Source: Candidatus Delongbacteria bacterium (GTDB lineage: Bacteria; CAIWAD01). From it: 64,000 bases of DNA. The position numbers were made by a program, and so were the translations under genes. Shown here in pieces: positions 1 through 10,730 of this stretch. Position 1 is the stretch's first letter, and the number at the start of each line of letters is the position of its first letter. Below the pieces are notes generated by a model. It was not told the origin of the DNA. It made no database searches and saw only the letters and a list, made by a program, of their open reading frames with translations. The stretch covers positions 3,136,001 through 3,200,000 of the forward strand of contig OY760505.1 in assembly GCA_963663545.1 (NCBI GenBank), given 5' to 3'.

Positions 1-1418
1 TCATCTGGAATGTGGATCCCGAGCTCAACAACCAGGAAGTACGTGCCCGGCTGCTGGGTACGGTGGACGATATCTATCACCTTTCCTGCAATGCCGACTA
101 TCAGGGGCAGCTTGGCAGTGGACGCATCAACGCCTACCAGGCAGCCTACGACATTCGTCTGACCGAGCTGGAGTGGGTGGACTATGAGCTCAGCGATGAA
201 TCCGGCGACGGTCGCTATACGGCCGGTGAAACAGTGGACGTGGCCTTCGCCGTGCGCAATACGGGCATCAACCACTCGGATTCACTCATCTGCCGTTTGA
301 ACAGCGACGACGGCTATGTCAGTATCAGCGAACCGGTTCTCACTCTGGAGCCCGTCAACAGCGGAGCTACTCGCGTTGTTCACATGACGGCTACACTGCT
401 GGCAGGGGCTCCGGCGCACTTCCTGACCCTCAACCTGCTGGTGGAATCGGCCAATGTGAACGAGAGCCTGGAACACAGTACCGAGTTGATGACGGGGACG
501 ACCACTTGTCTGCTCTACGATGATTCCCAACCCGCCGACAGTGTTTACAGTACCTATTACACTGCGTTCCGGCAGGTCGGCCAGGTCTTTGATTGGTACC
601 AGCCCGGTGGCTTCCCCGACATGCCCGGCGTGAGCTTTGATCTGAACAACTACGATCATGTGGTCTATGCCTCCGGTCGCAGCACCAGCACCATGGACGA
701 GAGCGAGCAGACGCTCTTCAGTGGCTGGCTGTCAAGCTCCAGCAACAAACTGATCGTATCCAGCACCTACTTGAATGAGGACCTGGGCGGCAGCGACTTC
801 TTTACCAATGTGATGCACGCCTCTTCAGGTGAGGGCTCCTCGAGCATGCGCAGTGTGCGCGGACTTCCCGCTGGCGAGTATTGCGATGGCTATTGGCTTC
901 TGCTGCAGGGTGTGGGCGGCTCCAATGATCAGGATCTGCCGATTAGCGAGATCAACGCCCTGAACGGCGCGCAGGTCATGTTCCAGGATCATGCCAGCGC
1001 TTTTACTACCGGTATCTACACCGACAACCTGGTGTACATGGCTTTTGCCCTGGAAGCCGCCAGTGGGCTGAGCACTTCCCAGAGTGTGTCCGACGTGCTC
1101 AACGAGCTTTGGGGTTCCTATCTACATGTGGAAGAGGCAACACAGCAGCCGCTAACGACCCGTTTGTGCGGTGTGTATCCCAATCCCTTCAACCCGGTAA
1201 CACGCATTGTGGTCGAGATGCAGCAGGCGGGTGAGGTGGACCTGTGTGTTTACAATCTGCTGGGACAGGAGGCCGCGAGGCTCGCCCAGGGGCCATTGAC
1301 CGCCGGTAGCCACACCTTCACCTTTGATGGCTCTCAGTTTGCCAGCGGTGTCTATCTGGGTGTTCTGAATGTGGGTGGCCGTCGTGTGGATGTGGCCAAA
1401 ATGCTGCTGGTACGTTAA
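1..1418 (+). CDS. C-terminal part of a secreted S8 (subtilisin-like) peptidase with T9SS type-A/FlgD-like C-terminal domain; 5'-truncated by window edge
   Basis: Begins with the S8 tail 'LGSGRINAYQA', then 'DESGDGRYTAGETV' Ig-like module; ends 'VYPNPFNP..VYNLLGQ..FASGVYL'. Layout resembles 32174-34927. Confidence 0.7.
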   Translation, partial: IWNVDPELNNQEVRARLLGTVDDIYHLSCNADYQGQLGSGRINAYQAAYDIRLTELEWVDYELSDESGDGRYTAGETVDVAFAVRNTGINHSDSLICRLNSDDGYVSISEPVLTLEPVNSGATRVVHMTATLLAGAPAHFLTLNLLVESANVNESLEHSTELMTGTTTCLLYDDSQPADSVYSTYYTAFRQVGQVFDWYQPGGFPDMPGVSFDLNNYDHVVYASGRSTSTMDESEQTLFSGWLSSSSNKLIVSSTYLNEDLGGSDFFTNVMHASSGEGSSSMRSVRGLPAGEYCDGYWLLLQGVGGSNDQDLPISEINALNGAQVMFQDHASAFTTGIYTDNLVYMAFALEAASGLSTSQSVSDVLNELWGSYLHVEEATQQPLTTRLCGVYPNPFNPVTRIVVEMQQAGEVDLCVYNLLGQEAARLAQGPLTAGSHTFTFDGSQFASGVYLGVLNVGGRRVDVAKMLLVR

Positions 1419-1450
1419 TCAGCCGCTTCTGTGCAATTCTGTGTGATACA

Positions 1451-1478
1451 GGGGGACTTCGGTCCCCCTTCTTATTTA
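1451..1478 (+). terminator. Intrinsic terminator
   Basis: GGGGGAC-TTCG-GTCCCCC followed by TTCTTATTT, just after the stop at 1418. Confidence 0.8.
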
Positions 1479-1551
1479 ATGCGCCCGCTGTGCTGTATAT
1501 TTGTCCGGGTGGAGCAAACCTTCCGCATCTTGGAAGCATTACGAGGACAGT

Positions 1552-2073
1552 ATGCGCACTCTGTTTAGCGCAGGCCTTCTGGGTCTGCTTTTACTTCTGT
1601 TTTCTTCCTGTTCAAAGGACAGGGAATTCACCTCGCTGGACGAAACACTGAGCGTCAATCCCCACGGCCAGTGGGTATGGGCCTACGATATCAAAGCGCC
1701 CTACGACATCAAGATTCGCCATGTGCCTACCCAGACCCTGTTCCTGATCAGCACCATCGAGAAGCAGTACAGCCCCTCGCAGATCCTCTCAGAAGTGGCG
1801 GAGATCCGCTGCGTCGAGTTCATTGAGGATCTGGGTTGCGCGCGTCCCCAGTTGACGCCTGTGGAGCTTGTGGTGGACAGCATGAGCGCCGTCCAGTTCA
1901 AGGTGCCCTACTCGGTCGAAGGTCAGGACGCCTATCTGGTGGATACCACCATTGATGGCGCGGACGCTTTTTATCGCATGTTGGGGCTTGTGTCGCAGAA
2001 GCACTTCGAGAAAATGGTTCCGGCACTGGATGAAGTGATCGCCAGTTTCCGTGTGGACCGCAAACAAGACTAG
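1552..2073 (+). CDS. Hypothetical lipoprotein
   Basis: ATG at 1552 after GAGGA; signal 'MRTLFSAGLLGLLLLLFSSC' ending in a lipobox Cys. Confidence 0.6.
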   Translation: MRTLFSAGLLGLLLLLFSSCSKDREFTSLDETLSVNPHGQWVWAYDIKAPYDIKIRHVPTQTLFLISTIEKQYSPSQILSEVAEIRCVEFIEDLGCARPQLTPVELVVDSMSAVQFKVPYSVEGQDAYLVDTTIDGADAFYRMLGLVSQKHFEKMVPALDEVIASFRVDRKQD

Positions 2074-2199
2074 GCGTTTTTCCGCATTTGTATCACACCT
2101 GCAAAGGCCTGTGATAGTGCGTCTGTGGACTGTCTGATTTGACTCCTGGCGGCCACAGTGGGAAATTGAACGCGGATCAAACCAAGTGAGGATACCATC

Positions 2200-3891
2200 A
2201 TGAAGGAATTCCGCTCCCCGCGCGGTACCGAAATATCCTGTCAGGGCTGGATTCAGGAAGCCGCCCTGCGCATGCTGCTGAACAATCTGGACCCCGAAGT
2301 CGCCGAAGAACCTGACAAGCTAATCGTCTACGGTGGTACGGGGCGCGCAGCACGTAATCACGAGGCGCTCGAGGCCATTCTGAACACGCTGCGCCGTCTG
2401 AAAGAAGACGAGACGCTGCTGGTACAGAGCGGCAAGCCCGTTGGTGTAGCACGCACTCACAAGGATGCGCCGCGCGTGATCATTGCCAATTCCAACTTGG
2501 TTCCGCAGTGGGCCAACTGGGAGCATTTTCACGAGCTGGAGCGCGCCGGGTTGATGATGTACGGCCAGATGACCGCGGGCAGCTGGATTTACATTGGTAC
2601 CCAGGGCATTTTGCAGGGCACCTACGAGACCTTCATTGCTGCTGCCCGTCAAGACCTGGGCAAGGACAACCTGAAAGGCACGCTTACGGTGTCCGGCGGA
2701 CTGGGCGGTATGAGCGGTGCACAGCCCCTGGCCGCAGTGATGGCGGGTGGCGTTTATCTGGGTGCGGAAGTGGATCCGGCCCGCATCGGCAAGCGCTTTG
2801 CCAGTGCCCGCCCGCGCTATCTGGATGAGAAAATTGACGATCTAAATGCCGCCATTGACCGTGCGCTGGCAGCCCGTGCCAAGGGAGAGGCCCTCAGCAT
2901 CGGCTGGTGTGGCAACATTGTCGACATGCTGCGTCGTCTGGCAGAGCGCGATATCACCCCGGATCTGTTGACCGATCAGACCAGTGCCCACGACGAGCTC
3001 GACGGCTACGTGCCTGCGGGTATGAGCTTTGACGAAGCCGTTGCGCTGCGCAAGAGCGATCCCGGCGCTTACAAGACGGCGAGCTATCGCACCATGGCCC
3101 AGCACGTCGGTTTGATGCTCAAGTTGCAGGAGCGCGGTGCCATCACGTTCGATTACGGCAACAATCTGCGTGCCAAGGCGGTCGAGGGTGGTTTCATCCA
3201 GGAGTCGGAAGTGCGGCAGGCTAATGGCCACTGGCGCTATCCGGGATTTGTGCCGGCTTACATCCGTCCGCTTTTCTGCCGCGGTCGCGGGCCTTTCCGC
3301 TGGGCGGCGCTGTCGGGCGACCCCAAGGATATCGAAGTGACCGACCAGATCATCAAGGAGCTCTTTCCCGAGGACAAAGCTCTGCTGAACTGGATCGACA
3401 AGGCCGCCGCCATGATTCCCTACCAGGGCCTACCCGCGCGCATCTGCTGGCTGGGCTACGGCGAGCGTCACCGTGCCGGACTCGCCTTCAACAAGGCCGT
3501 GGCTGACGGACGCATCAGCGCACCCATTGTCATCGGTCGCGACCATCTGGACTGCGGTAGCGTAGCCAGCCCCAATCGCGAGACCGAAGCCATGCGTGAT
3601 GGCACCGACGCCGTCAGCGATTGGCCGCTGCTTAATCTGATGCTCAACACCGCCAGCGGAGCGAGCTGGGTCAGCTTCCATCATGGCGGTGGAGTGGGCA
3701 TGGGCTACAGCCAGCACGCCGGTCAGGTGATTGTCGCCGACGGTACTTCTGAAGCCGGTGCCCGCTTGGAGCGCGTACTAACCAACGATCCGCTGATGGG
3801 CATCTTCCGTCATGTGGACGCGGGTTACGATGAGGCGCTGGAGTGCGCACGCGAGCATGGCGTGGATATTCCGATGATGCCCAAGGAATAA
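2200..3891 (+). CDS. hutU: Urocanate hydratase
   Basis: Motifs 'NNLDPEVAE', '[24 protein letters not shown]', 'TDQTSAHD', '[18 protein letters not shown]', 'HHGGGVGMG'. Confidence 0.98.
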   Translation: MKEFRSPRGTEISCQGWIQEAALRMLLNNLDPEVAEEPDKLIVYGGTGRAARNHEALEAILNTLRRLKEDETLLVQSGKPVGVARTHKDAPRVIIANSNLVPQWANWEHFHELERAGLMMYGQMTAGSWIYIGTQGILQGTYETFIAAARQDLGKDNLKGTLTVSGGLGGMSGAQPLAAVMAGGVYLGAEVDPARIGKRFASARPRYLDEKIDDLNAAIDRALAARAKGEALSIGWCGNIVDMLRRLAERDITPDLLTDQTSAHDELDGYVPAGMSFDEAVALRKSDPGAYKTASYRTMAQHVGLMLKLQERGAITFDYGNNLRAKAVEGGFIQESEVRQANGHWRYPGFVPAYIRPLFCRGRGPFRWAALSGDPKDIEVTDQIIKELFPEDKALLNWIDKAAAMIPYQGLPARICWLGYGERHRAGLAFNKAVADGRISAPIVIGRDHLDCGSVASPNRETEAMRDGTDAVSDWPLLNLMLNTASGASWVSFHHGGGVGMGYSQHAGQVIVADGTSEAGARLERVLTNDPLMGIFRHVDAGYDEALECAREHGVDIPMMPKE

Positions 3892-3926
3892 CACGCGGGC
3901 GTTGTGCCCGAGCTAAGCATTTGATC

Positions 3927-3957
3927 GCGGGGTCGGCGGTTTTCCGCTCGGCCCCGT
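3927..3957 (+). other. Intercistronic hairpin without U-tract (possible mRNA stabiliser or attenuator after hutU)
   Basis: GCGGGGTCG-GCGG-TTTT-CCGC-T-CGGCCCCGT. Confidence 0.45.
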
Positions 3958-3975
3958 GTGACACAAGGAGGGCGC

Positions 3976-4626
3976 GTGGCGGGAGTTTGCTGGGTTGACA
4001 AGACGGTGTTCTACGCCAGCATTGGGATCGCCAGGCTGCTGACCTTTGCCTGGTTTCGTGTTACAGTGGAAGGCACTGAACACCGCGGTGTTCGGCCAGC
4101 CCTCTACGTCATCAACCACAGCTCAAATCTTGATGTCCCTATCCTTGCCTGGGTTGTAAAAGGGCCGGTTCGTTTTCTGGCCAAAGAAGAGCTCTTTCGT
4201 GTACCCGTGCTTTCCTTGTGGCTGCGCTGCGTGGGTGGAATTCCCGTTGCGCGCGGACAAGGCGACCAGAAAGCTTTGGATACTGCACTCATGCATCTGC
4301 GCTCTGGTGGTGTGCTTTTCATGGCGCCGGAAGGGACGCGCAAAGGGCAACCCGGCGAGCGTCCTGTGCGCAGTGGCTTCATTCGTCTGGCGCAGCTGGC
4401 CCGTTGTCCTGTGGTTCCCGTGGCCGTCAGCGGTGCTGGGGAGGCTATGCCGCCTGGAGCCCGCTTTCCGCGCCCGAAGCGTCTACGCTTGCGGATTGGC
4501 AAGCCCTTGTTGCTAGATCCAGTAGAAGTCAATGTTGAGAATCGTGATACACTGCGCGAGCAAGCCAACGAGGTGATGCGCATTGTGTATCACATGAAAG
4601 AGAACCTGGATGCCAACAGGAGTTGA
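3976..4626 (+). CDS. plsC: 1-acyl-sn-glycerol-3-phosphate acyltransferase (PlsC family)
   Basis: NHxSxLD ('NHSSNLD'), 'FLAKEELF', 'PEGTR'. GTG at 3976 follows AAGGAGG (the ORF track starts it at 3958). Confidence 0.85.
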   Translation: MAGVCWVDKTVFYASIGIARLLTFAWFRVTVEGTEHRGVRPALYVINHSSNLDVPILAWVVKGPVRFLAKEELFRVPVLSLWLRCVGGIPVARGQGDQKALDTALMHLRSGGVLFMAPEGTRKGQPGERPVRSGFIRLAQLARCPVVPVAVSGAGEAMPPGARFPRPKRLRLRIGKPLLLDPVEVNVENRDTLREQANEVMRIVYHMKENLDANRS

Positions 4627-4632
4627 TGCACC

Positions 4633-5862
4633 ATGGATCTGCTAATCAAAAACTGCGGTCCCATTCATTCGCCGAGTACAGAGCGGATGTATCACATGCC
4701 ACGACTGGAAGGTGAAACAATACTTGTGCTCGGTGGGCATATTGTGGCCGTTGGCGAAGCCGCTGATGCGGCCATGTGCCAAGCGCTTGTGCATGGCGTT
4801 CCTGAGCTGAATGCGGAAGGCGCACTGGTGTTGCCCGGTTTCGTGGACAGTCACACGCATCCCGTTTTCAACGAACTGCGCGCTGCTGAGTATGAAATGC
4901 GCAACCTGGGGCGCAGCTATCTGGAAATTCAGCAGGCGGGCGGAGGCATTTTGAGTAGCCGTCGCAGTTTGCAGGAAGCGCCTCGTGATACGTTGAAAGA
5001 ATTGGTCCGCCAAAGGCTTCGCCACTTCCTGGAACTGGGCACGACAACCATTGAGGGCAAGAGTGGCTATGGCCTTTCTGTAGAACATGAGCTGCTTAGT
5101 CTGCGCCTGCTGAAGGAGCTTGCAGGCGAAGAGCCCATCCGCATTCGTGGTACTCTGCTGGCCGCGCACAGCGTTCCACCCGAGTACCGGGAGAACCGCG
5201 AGGAGTGGTTCAGGCAGATCGAAGAAGAAATTCTGCCGGTTGTAAAGCGCGAAGCTTTGGCCGACTATATCGATGCCTTCTGCGAACCCAAAGTGATTAC
5301 GTTGGATGAAACCGAGCGCATTTGCCGTGCGGGCATGAGTCACGGATTGCGGGTAAAACTGCATGCCGATCAGATTGAAGCCTACGGAGGCGGGGCGCTG
5401 GCGGCACGCCTGCAAGCGCTCTCGGCCGACCACCTCGAACAGATTGATGAGGCCGGGATCAGGCAGATGGTAGAAGCGGGTACCGTCTTCGCACTACTGC
5501 CCGGAGCCAGTTTCTTTCTGGGCCAGACAAAGCACGCGCCAGCGCGTAACATCATTGAGGCTGGCGGTTGCATCGCCCTCTGCACCGACTACAACCCGGG
5601 GTCAAGCCACATTCAATCCATGCCGCTCATATTGACGCTGGCGACAAGTCAGATGAAGATGAGTGCCGAAGAAGCCATCTGGGCGGCAACCCTGGGCGGC
5701 GCACGGGCCATGGGGCTGGAGGCTGAGACGGGGTGCATCGAGGCCGGCTTTTCGGCCGATTTGGCGCTCTGGCCGCTGCGAGAGCTGAACGAACTGCCCT
5801 ATTATGCCGGAGACATCCGGCCGAGCAAGGTGATCAGCGGTGGTCGCGTGTTGCATGTGTGA
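4633..5862 (+). CDS. hutI: Imidazolonepropionase
   Basis: 'PGFVDSHTHPVF', 'GGGILSS', 'GTTTIEGKSGYG', 'KLHADQ', 'SADHLE', 'TDYNPGS'. Confidence 0.95.
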   Translation: MDLLIKNCGPIHSPSTERMYHMPRLEGETILVLGGHIVAVGEAADAAMCQALVHGVPELNAEGALVLPGFVDSHTHPVFNELRAAEYEMRNLGRSYLEIQQAGGGILSSRRSLQEAPRDTLKELVRQRLRHFLELGTTTIEGKSGYGLSVEHELLSLRLLKELAGEEPIRIRGTLLAAHSVPPEYRENREEWFRQIEEEILPVVKREALADYIDAFCEPKVITLDETERICRAGMSHGLRVKLHADQIEAYGGGALAARLQALSADHLEQIDEAGIRQMVEAGTVFALLPGASFFLGQTKHAPARNIIEAGGCIALCTDYNPGSSHIQSMPLILTLATSQMKMSAEEAIWAATLGGARAMGLEAETGCIEAGFSADLALWPLRELNELPYYAGDIRPSKVISGGRVLHV

Positions 5863-5926
5863 CACAGATTTTCGCTGAAGGGTTTTTTCCATTGCGTCAG
5901 TACTGACGACTGAATTATTCTAGGCC

Positions 5927-7534
5927 ATGGACCAACTGATCCGCCAACTCTTCTTGAATCCACCCCCGGGAGTATCTGCTGGAGATTTCAGCCAGGTCAC
6001 TCTGGGGCAGCTGATTCAGACGCTTGAGAACATCGCAGCCGAAAGACGCATGCCGTTTCGCGTGATACACTGCTGGAATCGGCGCCACTTTCCTGACTTG
6101 CCCGTACTGCCGGTTAACCGGCATCTTCCTGCGGCAAATTACCAGGATCTGACTCCTTTGCTGGGGAATACCAGCACGGCGATGCTCTACCTCTACGACG
6201 ACGGTAAGGATTGCTTCACCCTGGCGGGCACTCTCAGCGATCGCCCGGACATCAGCGTGTTTGAGCGCAAAATCAGTGTGCAGGCTTTATGGAGCTTCGA
6301 GCGCAGCGTACAGCAGCAATTGCTGCAGGAGGCCGCGCATTTCACGACTCTGATGCCAGCGCCGGTGAACAACGCAGTAGCGCCCACCAACCTGGATGGC
6401 TTTTTCCACGGACAGCTGGTCAGCTTCCTGGAGGAAAGCCTGCTGGAAAGCGGCCAGACCTTGCACCTGATCACAGGTATCCTAAAGGTGCAGAAGACCA
6501 TTGTCCGCGAGTTGGACTTTGAACGACTGCTGGAGCTGATCGGGAGTACCCTGATCGAGACCTTTCGTTTTGAGCTGGGCGAGCTGAGCCTGTGGAACGA
6601 AGACTCGGCCACGCTGGAACACCAGGTTACCTGGAATGCCGCGCGCGAAGAGCAGCACTTGAATCAGAATCTGCTGATTCTGCTGGATCAGGAGCTCGAA
6701 CGCGAATTCTTTGACAATGGCGCACCGGTCGTGCTGGATCGTCTGATGAAGCACCCAGTCATTTTGAATCACAAACTCATCGAGATCCTGGGTCTGCGCT
6801 TCGCCATCTTTTTGCCACTGATCGCGGGCGAAGACCGCATCGGCATGCTGAAAATGTATTACACGCGCAGCGAGCTGATCAGTCCTGCGCGGCTTGCCTG
6901 GCTGGATGAACTCTCGCAGTTGCTGGCGGACGCCATCCTGAATGCCCGAGAGCACACGCGCGCTTTCGAGCTGGCCACCAAGGACAGCCTGACCAATCTG
7001 CACAATCGTCGCTACTTCGAAGAGCAGTTCTACATTGAACTGGAACGCAGCAAGCGTACCGGCAGCAGTCTTTGTCTGCTGATGCTGGATGTGGATCACT
7101 TCAAGCAATACAACGACCGCAACGGTCACCTGATGGGCGACGAGGTGCTGATTCGTGTAGCACGGCTGGTCAAGGGCTGCATTCGTGCGGTGGACTTCCT
7201 GGCGCGTTATGGTGGCGAGGAATTCATCATTCTGCTCACCGGGGCCAATGGAGATGTAGGTCGGCTGGTGGGTGAGAAGATCCGCTCACGTGTCGAGGAA
7301 GAGAGCTTCATCAACCAGAGCAATCAGCCCAGCGGCAATCTGACCGTCAGCATTGGCGTAGCCGAAATGGAACGTGATACGAAACAGCTTGAGCAGCTCA
7401 TTCGTTCAGCGGATCGCGCCCTGTACTTCGCCAAGGAAAATGGCCGCAACCTCGTGGTTTCATCCGTGGGTGATCGCTTTGTAGCACACGAACACGCTAA
7501 CGCCAACGCAGAGAGTGAGGATGAGCAAGGATAG
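5927..7534 (+). CDS. GAF-GGDEF diguanylate cyclase
   Basis: 'DSLTNLHNRRYF', 'DVDHFKQYND', RxxD I-site ('RAVD') plus GGEEF; GAF-like region upstream. Confidence 0.9.
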   Translation: MDQLIRQLFLNPPPGVSAGDFSQVTLGQLIQTLENIAAERRMPFRVIHCWNRRHFPDLPVLPVNRHLPAANYQDLTPLLGNTSTAMLYLYDDGKDCFTLAGTLSDRPDISVFERKISVQALWSFERSVQQQLLQEAAHFTTLMPAPVNNAVAPTNLDGFFHGQLVSFLEESLLESGQTLHLITGILKVQKTIVRELDFERLLELIGSTLIETFRFELGELSLWNEDSATLEHQVTWNAAREEQHLNQNLLILLDQELEREFFDNGAPVVLDRLMKHPVILNHKLIEILGLRFAIFLPLIAGEDRIGMLKMYYTRSELISPARLAWLDELSQLLADAILNAREHTRAFELATKDSLTNLHNRRYFEEQFYIELERSKRTGSSLCLLMLDVDHFKQYNDRNGHLMGDEVLIRVARLVKGCIRAVDFLARYGGEEFIILLTGANGDVGRLVGEKIRSRVEEESFINQSNQPSGNLTVSIGVAEMERDTKQLEQLIRSADRALYFAKENGRNLVVSSVGDRFVAHEHANANAESEDEQG

Positions 7535-8492
7535 CCTCGTCCTGCTGGGTCCGACGGCCAGCGGTAAAACCGCCCTCGCTGTGGCCTTGGCGCGCTGTTT
7601 GGACGCTGAGATCGTCAGCGCGGACTCCCGTCAGGTGTATCGCAAACTCGATATCGGCACAGGTAAAGATCTGCACACGTACTCAAGCGGCGGCGCAGTA
7701 GTGCCGGTGCATATGTTGGATTGCGTCGATCTGCCCGAAGAGTATCACCTCTTTCGCTACCAGCGCGAGTGCTTCGCTGCCATTCACGACCTCTGGAGCC
7801 GTGACCGTCGTGTACTGGTCTGCGGCGGCACGGGTCTTTTTCTGGACTGTCTGCTAAGTGGCTATCAGCTCGTGGAAGCGCCGGAGGACGAAGAGTTCCG
7901 CGCAGCAGTGGCGGACGTGGACGAAGAGGCGCTTGCCCGCGTTTATCTGCGTGTTACAAAAAATCCGCACAACATCACCGATCTGGAGGGCCGCGGGCGT
8001 TTGCTGCGAGCGCTGGAGATTCAGGCCGCGCGCTGCGGTGTATCACCTACGGAGCTGCTATTCGCCAAGGCGCCACTGAAAGAAAATGCGCTGCCGCAGA
8101 CCGAGGCGCTAGAGGCGATCGTGCTGGGCCTCGATTGGCCACCGGATCTGCTGCGTGAGCGTATTGGGCACCGTCTGGACGAGCGACTGCGCGAAGGCAT
8201 GCTGGAAGAAGTGCATGGGCTGCTTCAAGCAGGTATCACGCCGGAGCGCTTGCTTCGCCTGGGGCTTGAGTACCGTTGGCTGACGCAGCATCTCCAAGGC
8301 GAGATCAGCTTCAAAGCCATGCGACAAGGTCTTTATCGCGCCATCTGCGAGTTCGCCCGTCGGCAGCGCATGTGGTTCAGGCGCATGGAGCGAAGAGGTC
8401 AGGTGATCCACTGGCTCAGTGGCGAAGACACTCAACTTGTCTCACGAGCGCTGGCTGTACTCGAGCATCGGGGCATCCACAGTTCCTGTTGA
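7521..8492 (+). CDS. miaA: tRNA dimethylallyltransferase
   Basis: 'GPTASGKT', 'SADSRQVY', 'DIGTGK', 'GGTGL', 'FARRQRMWF'. Confidence 0.93.
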   Translation: MSKDSLVLLGPTASGKTALAVALARCLDAEIVSADSRQVYRKLDIGTGKDLHTYSSGGAVVPVHMLDCVDLPEEYHLFRYQRECFAAIHDLWSRDRRVLVCGGTGLFLDCLLSGYQLVEAPEDEEFRAAVADVDEEALARVYLRVTKNPHNITDLEGRGRLLRALEIQAARCGVSPTELLFAKAPLKENALPQTEALEAIVLGLDWPPDLLRERIGHRLDERLREGMLEEVHGLLQAGITPERLLRLGLEYRWLTQHLQGEISFKAMRQGLYRAICEFARRQRMWFRRMERRGQVIHWLSGEDTQLVSRALAVLEHRGIHSSC

Positions 8493-8637
8493 ACCTGCCG
8501 TAGTTCTCATCGTGTCAATATTGAATCACGTGGGCGCTTGCCCGCCAAAGGTGCCGGTCCGATATTATGGCCGACAAAGAGCAGCTCTGGCTGTGGGTAT
8601 CAAGCGTTCCTCGGTCGACTTAGGAATCAGGAGAAGC

Positions 8638-9342
8638 GTGCAAACGGCTCTGGTCATCCCCGCACGAAATGCCGCTCACAGCCTTCCCGAAGTGTTGGAA
8701 GCAGCTCTAGAAGTTATCGCGCGCGAGGAAATACTGGTCGTCGATGACGCCTCCACTGATGACACTGCCGACTGTGTGCGCCGGATGAACATTTCTGTGT
8801 TGCGTACTACAAAGGCCAGCGGACAAGGCAAGGGTGCCGCGCTGCGCTGTGCCTTTCGGCATTGCCTGGCGGAGGGCGTCGAGCGCATTGTAACGCTGGA
8901 CGCCGATGGTCAGCACGACGCGCGCTTGCTTCCGCAGCTGCTCGAGCACTTTGACAGGGAAGGTCTGGACCTGCTGCTTGGCGATCGCGGTTTTCATGAT
9001 GATCCCTCATCCATGCCCTGGGATAGACGCTTTTCCAACCGTGTTACAACCGCGCTGCTCAACTGGCGTACCGGTCTGAGTTTGCGCGACAGTCAGTGCG
9101 GATACCGTGTGATACGCGCATGGCTGCTTGAGGAAGATGCCTTTCGCTGCACGGGTTTTGATTTTGAAAGTGAGTTGCTGTTGTACGCCAGCGAACGTGG
9201 TGCGCGAATCGGCGAAGCTCCGGTCCCCTTGGTGTACAACGAAACTGGCAGTCATATGCATCGACTGCGTGATACATTGGCCTTCGTCCGGCTCTACTGC
9301 CGGAGCCTGAGGAAAGGGAGCTGGCATGGATCTGGCGCGTAG
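8638..9342 (+). CDS. Glycosyltransferase family 2 (DPM1-like)
   Basis: 'VIPARN', 'VVDDASTDDT', 'GKGAA', 'LDADGQHD', 'DSQCGYR'; GTG at 8638 after AGGAG. Confidence 0.88.
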   Translation: MQTALVIPARNAAHSLPEVLEAALEVIAREEILVVDDASTDDTADCVRRMNISVLRTTKASGQGKGAALRCAFRHCLAEGVERIVTLDADGQHDARLLPQLLEHFDREGLDLLLGDRGFHDDPSSMPWDRRFSNRVTTALLNWRTGLSLRDSQCGYRVIRAWLLEEDAFRCTGFDFESELLLYASERGARIGEAPVPLVYNETGSHMHRLRDTLAFVRLYCRSLRKGSWHGSGA

Positions 9343-9964
9343 CCGGATGATCGAGCACGATTTGCGGGGACGCGGCATTCGCGACGAACGTGTGTTACAG
9401 GCTTTCAATCAACTTGATCGGAAGCTTTTTGTCGACGGTCCGCTGCAGACAAACGCCTATCAGGATTGCGCTCTGCCGATCGGCTGTGGACAGACCATCA
9501 GTCAGCCCTACATTGTGGCCCTGATGACGGAACTGCTTCAGCTGGACGGCGAAGAACAGGTGCTGGAGGTCGGCACCGGCAGTGGATATCAGGCTTCATT
9601 ATTGGCGCTTTTATGCAGGCGCGTCTTTACCATTGAGCGCCATCGCGAACTGACCGCCCGCGCGCGGGGGCTCTTTCAGGAGTTGCAGCTAAGCAACATC
9701 GTTTGTCGCAGCGGCGATGGCACTCTGGGCTGGCCGGAAGAGGCGCCCTTCGACCGTATCATTATTACCGCGGGCGCACCCGAACCGCCGCAGAGTCTGC
9801 TGTTGCAATTGAAAGTGGGAGGCTGGCTGGTTGCGCCCATTGGTGAGCGTGGTCGCCAGGAAATGAAGGTGATACAACGCGTAAGCACAGAACGCTTTAC
9901 CGGCCGAAGCGAAGGCGGCTGCAGTTTTGTGCCGCTGATCGGCAAGGAAGGATGGGATTCGTGA
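9326..9964 (+). CDS. pcm: Protein-L-isoaspartate O-methyltransferase
   Basis: 'GQTISQPYIVA', 'LEVGTGSGYQA', 'GDGTLGWPEEAPFDRII', 'FVPL'. Confidence 0.95.
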   Translation: MDLARSRMIEHDLRGRGIRDERVLQAFNQLDRKLFVDGPLQTNAYQDCALPIGCGQTISQPYIVALMTELLQLDGEEQVLEVGTGSGYQASLLALLCRRVFTIERHRELTARARGLFQELQLSNIVCRSGDGTLGWPEEAPFDRIIITAGAPEPPQSLLLQLKVGGWLVAPIGERGRQEMKVIQRVSTERFTGRSEGGCSFVPLIGKEGWDS

Positions 9965-10004
9965 TACATCAGTTATCGCTTCCGACGGGCATGGGGGTCA
10001 AATC

Positions 10005-10586
10005 GTGATACGCAGGCTCTACGACTGGGTCCTTTCCTGGGCTGAGTCACGCTGGGGACGCCCCGTGCTTTTTGGATTGGCTTTTGCCGAAGCCAGCTTC
10101 TTTCCCATTCCGCCCGATGTGCTGCTGATTCCCCTCTGTCTGGGCGACCGGCGACGCAGTTTGCAGACGGCGTTCATCTGTCTGATCGGATCACTTCTGG
10201 GCGGGATACTGGGCTACTTCATCGGCTACGCTTTTTTTGAGACCTGGGGCCAGCGCCTGGTGGAATTGTATCACGGCGAACACCTGATGGAGACCATCAA
10301 ACAGTGGGCGGGCACTTATGGCTTTTGGGGTGTTTTCGCCGCGGCACTGACGCCCATACCCTACAAGATCTTCACCATTACCGCGGGGCTGATCAAATTC
10401 AGCATGCCCGCCTTTCTGCTGGCCAGCGTGTTGGGACGCGGATTGCGTTTTTTCCTGCTGGCCGGACTGGTTTACATTTGGGGTGAGGCCATCACCGGCT
10501 TCATCGATCGCTGGTTCAACTGGCTAGTGATCGCATTTACGCTGCTCTTGGTGGGCGGCTTTGTGCTGCTGGGGCTTGGCGGCTGA
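10005..10586 (+). CDS. YqaA/DedA family membrane protein
   Basis: 'FAEASFFPIPPDVLLIP', 'TPIPYK', 'GRGLRF'. Confidence 0.88.
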   Translation: MIRRLYDWVLSWAESRWGRPVLFGLAFAEASFFPIPPDVLLIPLCLGDRRRSLQTAFICLIGSLLGGILGYFIGYAFFETWGQRLVELYHGEHLMETIKQWAGTYGFWGVFAAALTPIPYKIFTITAGLIKFSMPAFLLASVLGRGLRFFLLAGLVYIWGEAITGFIDRWFNWLVIAFTLLLVGGFVLLGLGG

Positions 10587-10730
10587 GATCCAGGTCCGCG
10601 CGGGTTTGAAGAGCTTTTCTGCAGAATGCGGTTCTGCGACAAGAAGGAAGGCACAAGGGATTGCGATGAGGAGTCGGGCTTCGTACTTTTAGCCCGACCG
10701 CGAACAAACAAGCGGAAAAAGGAGACCGAA

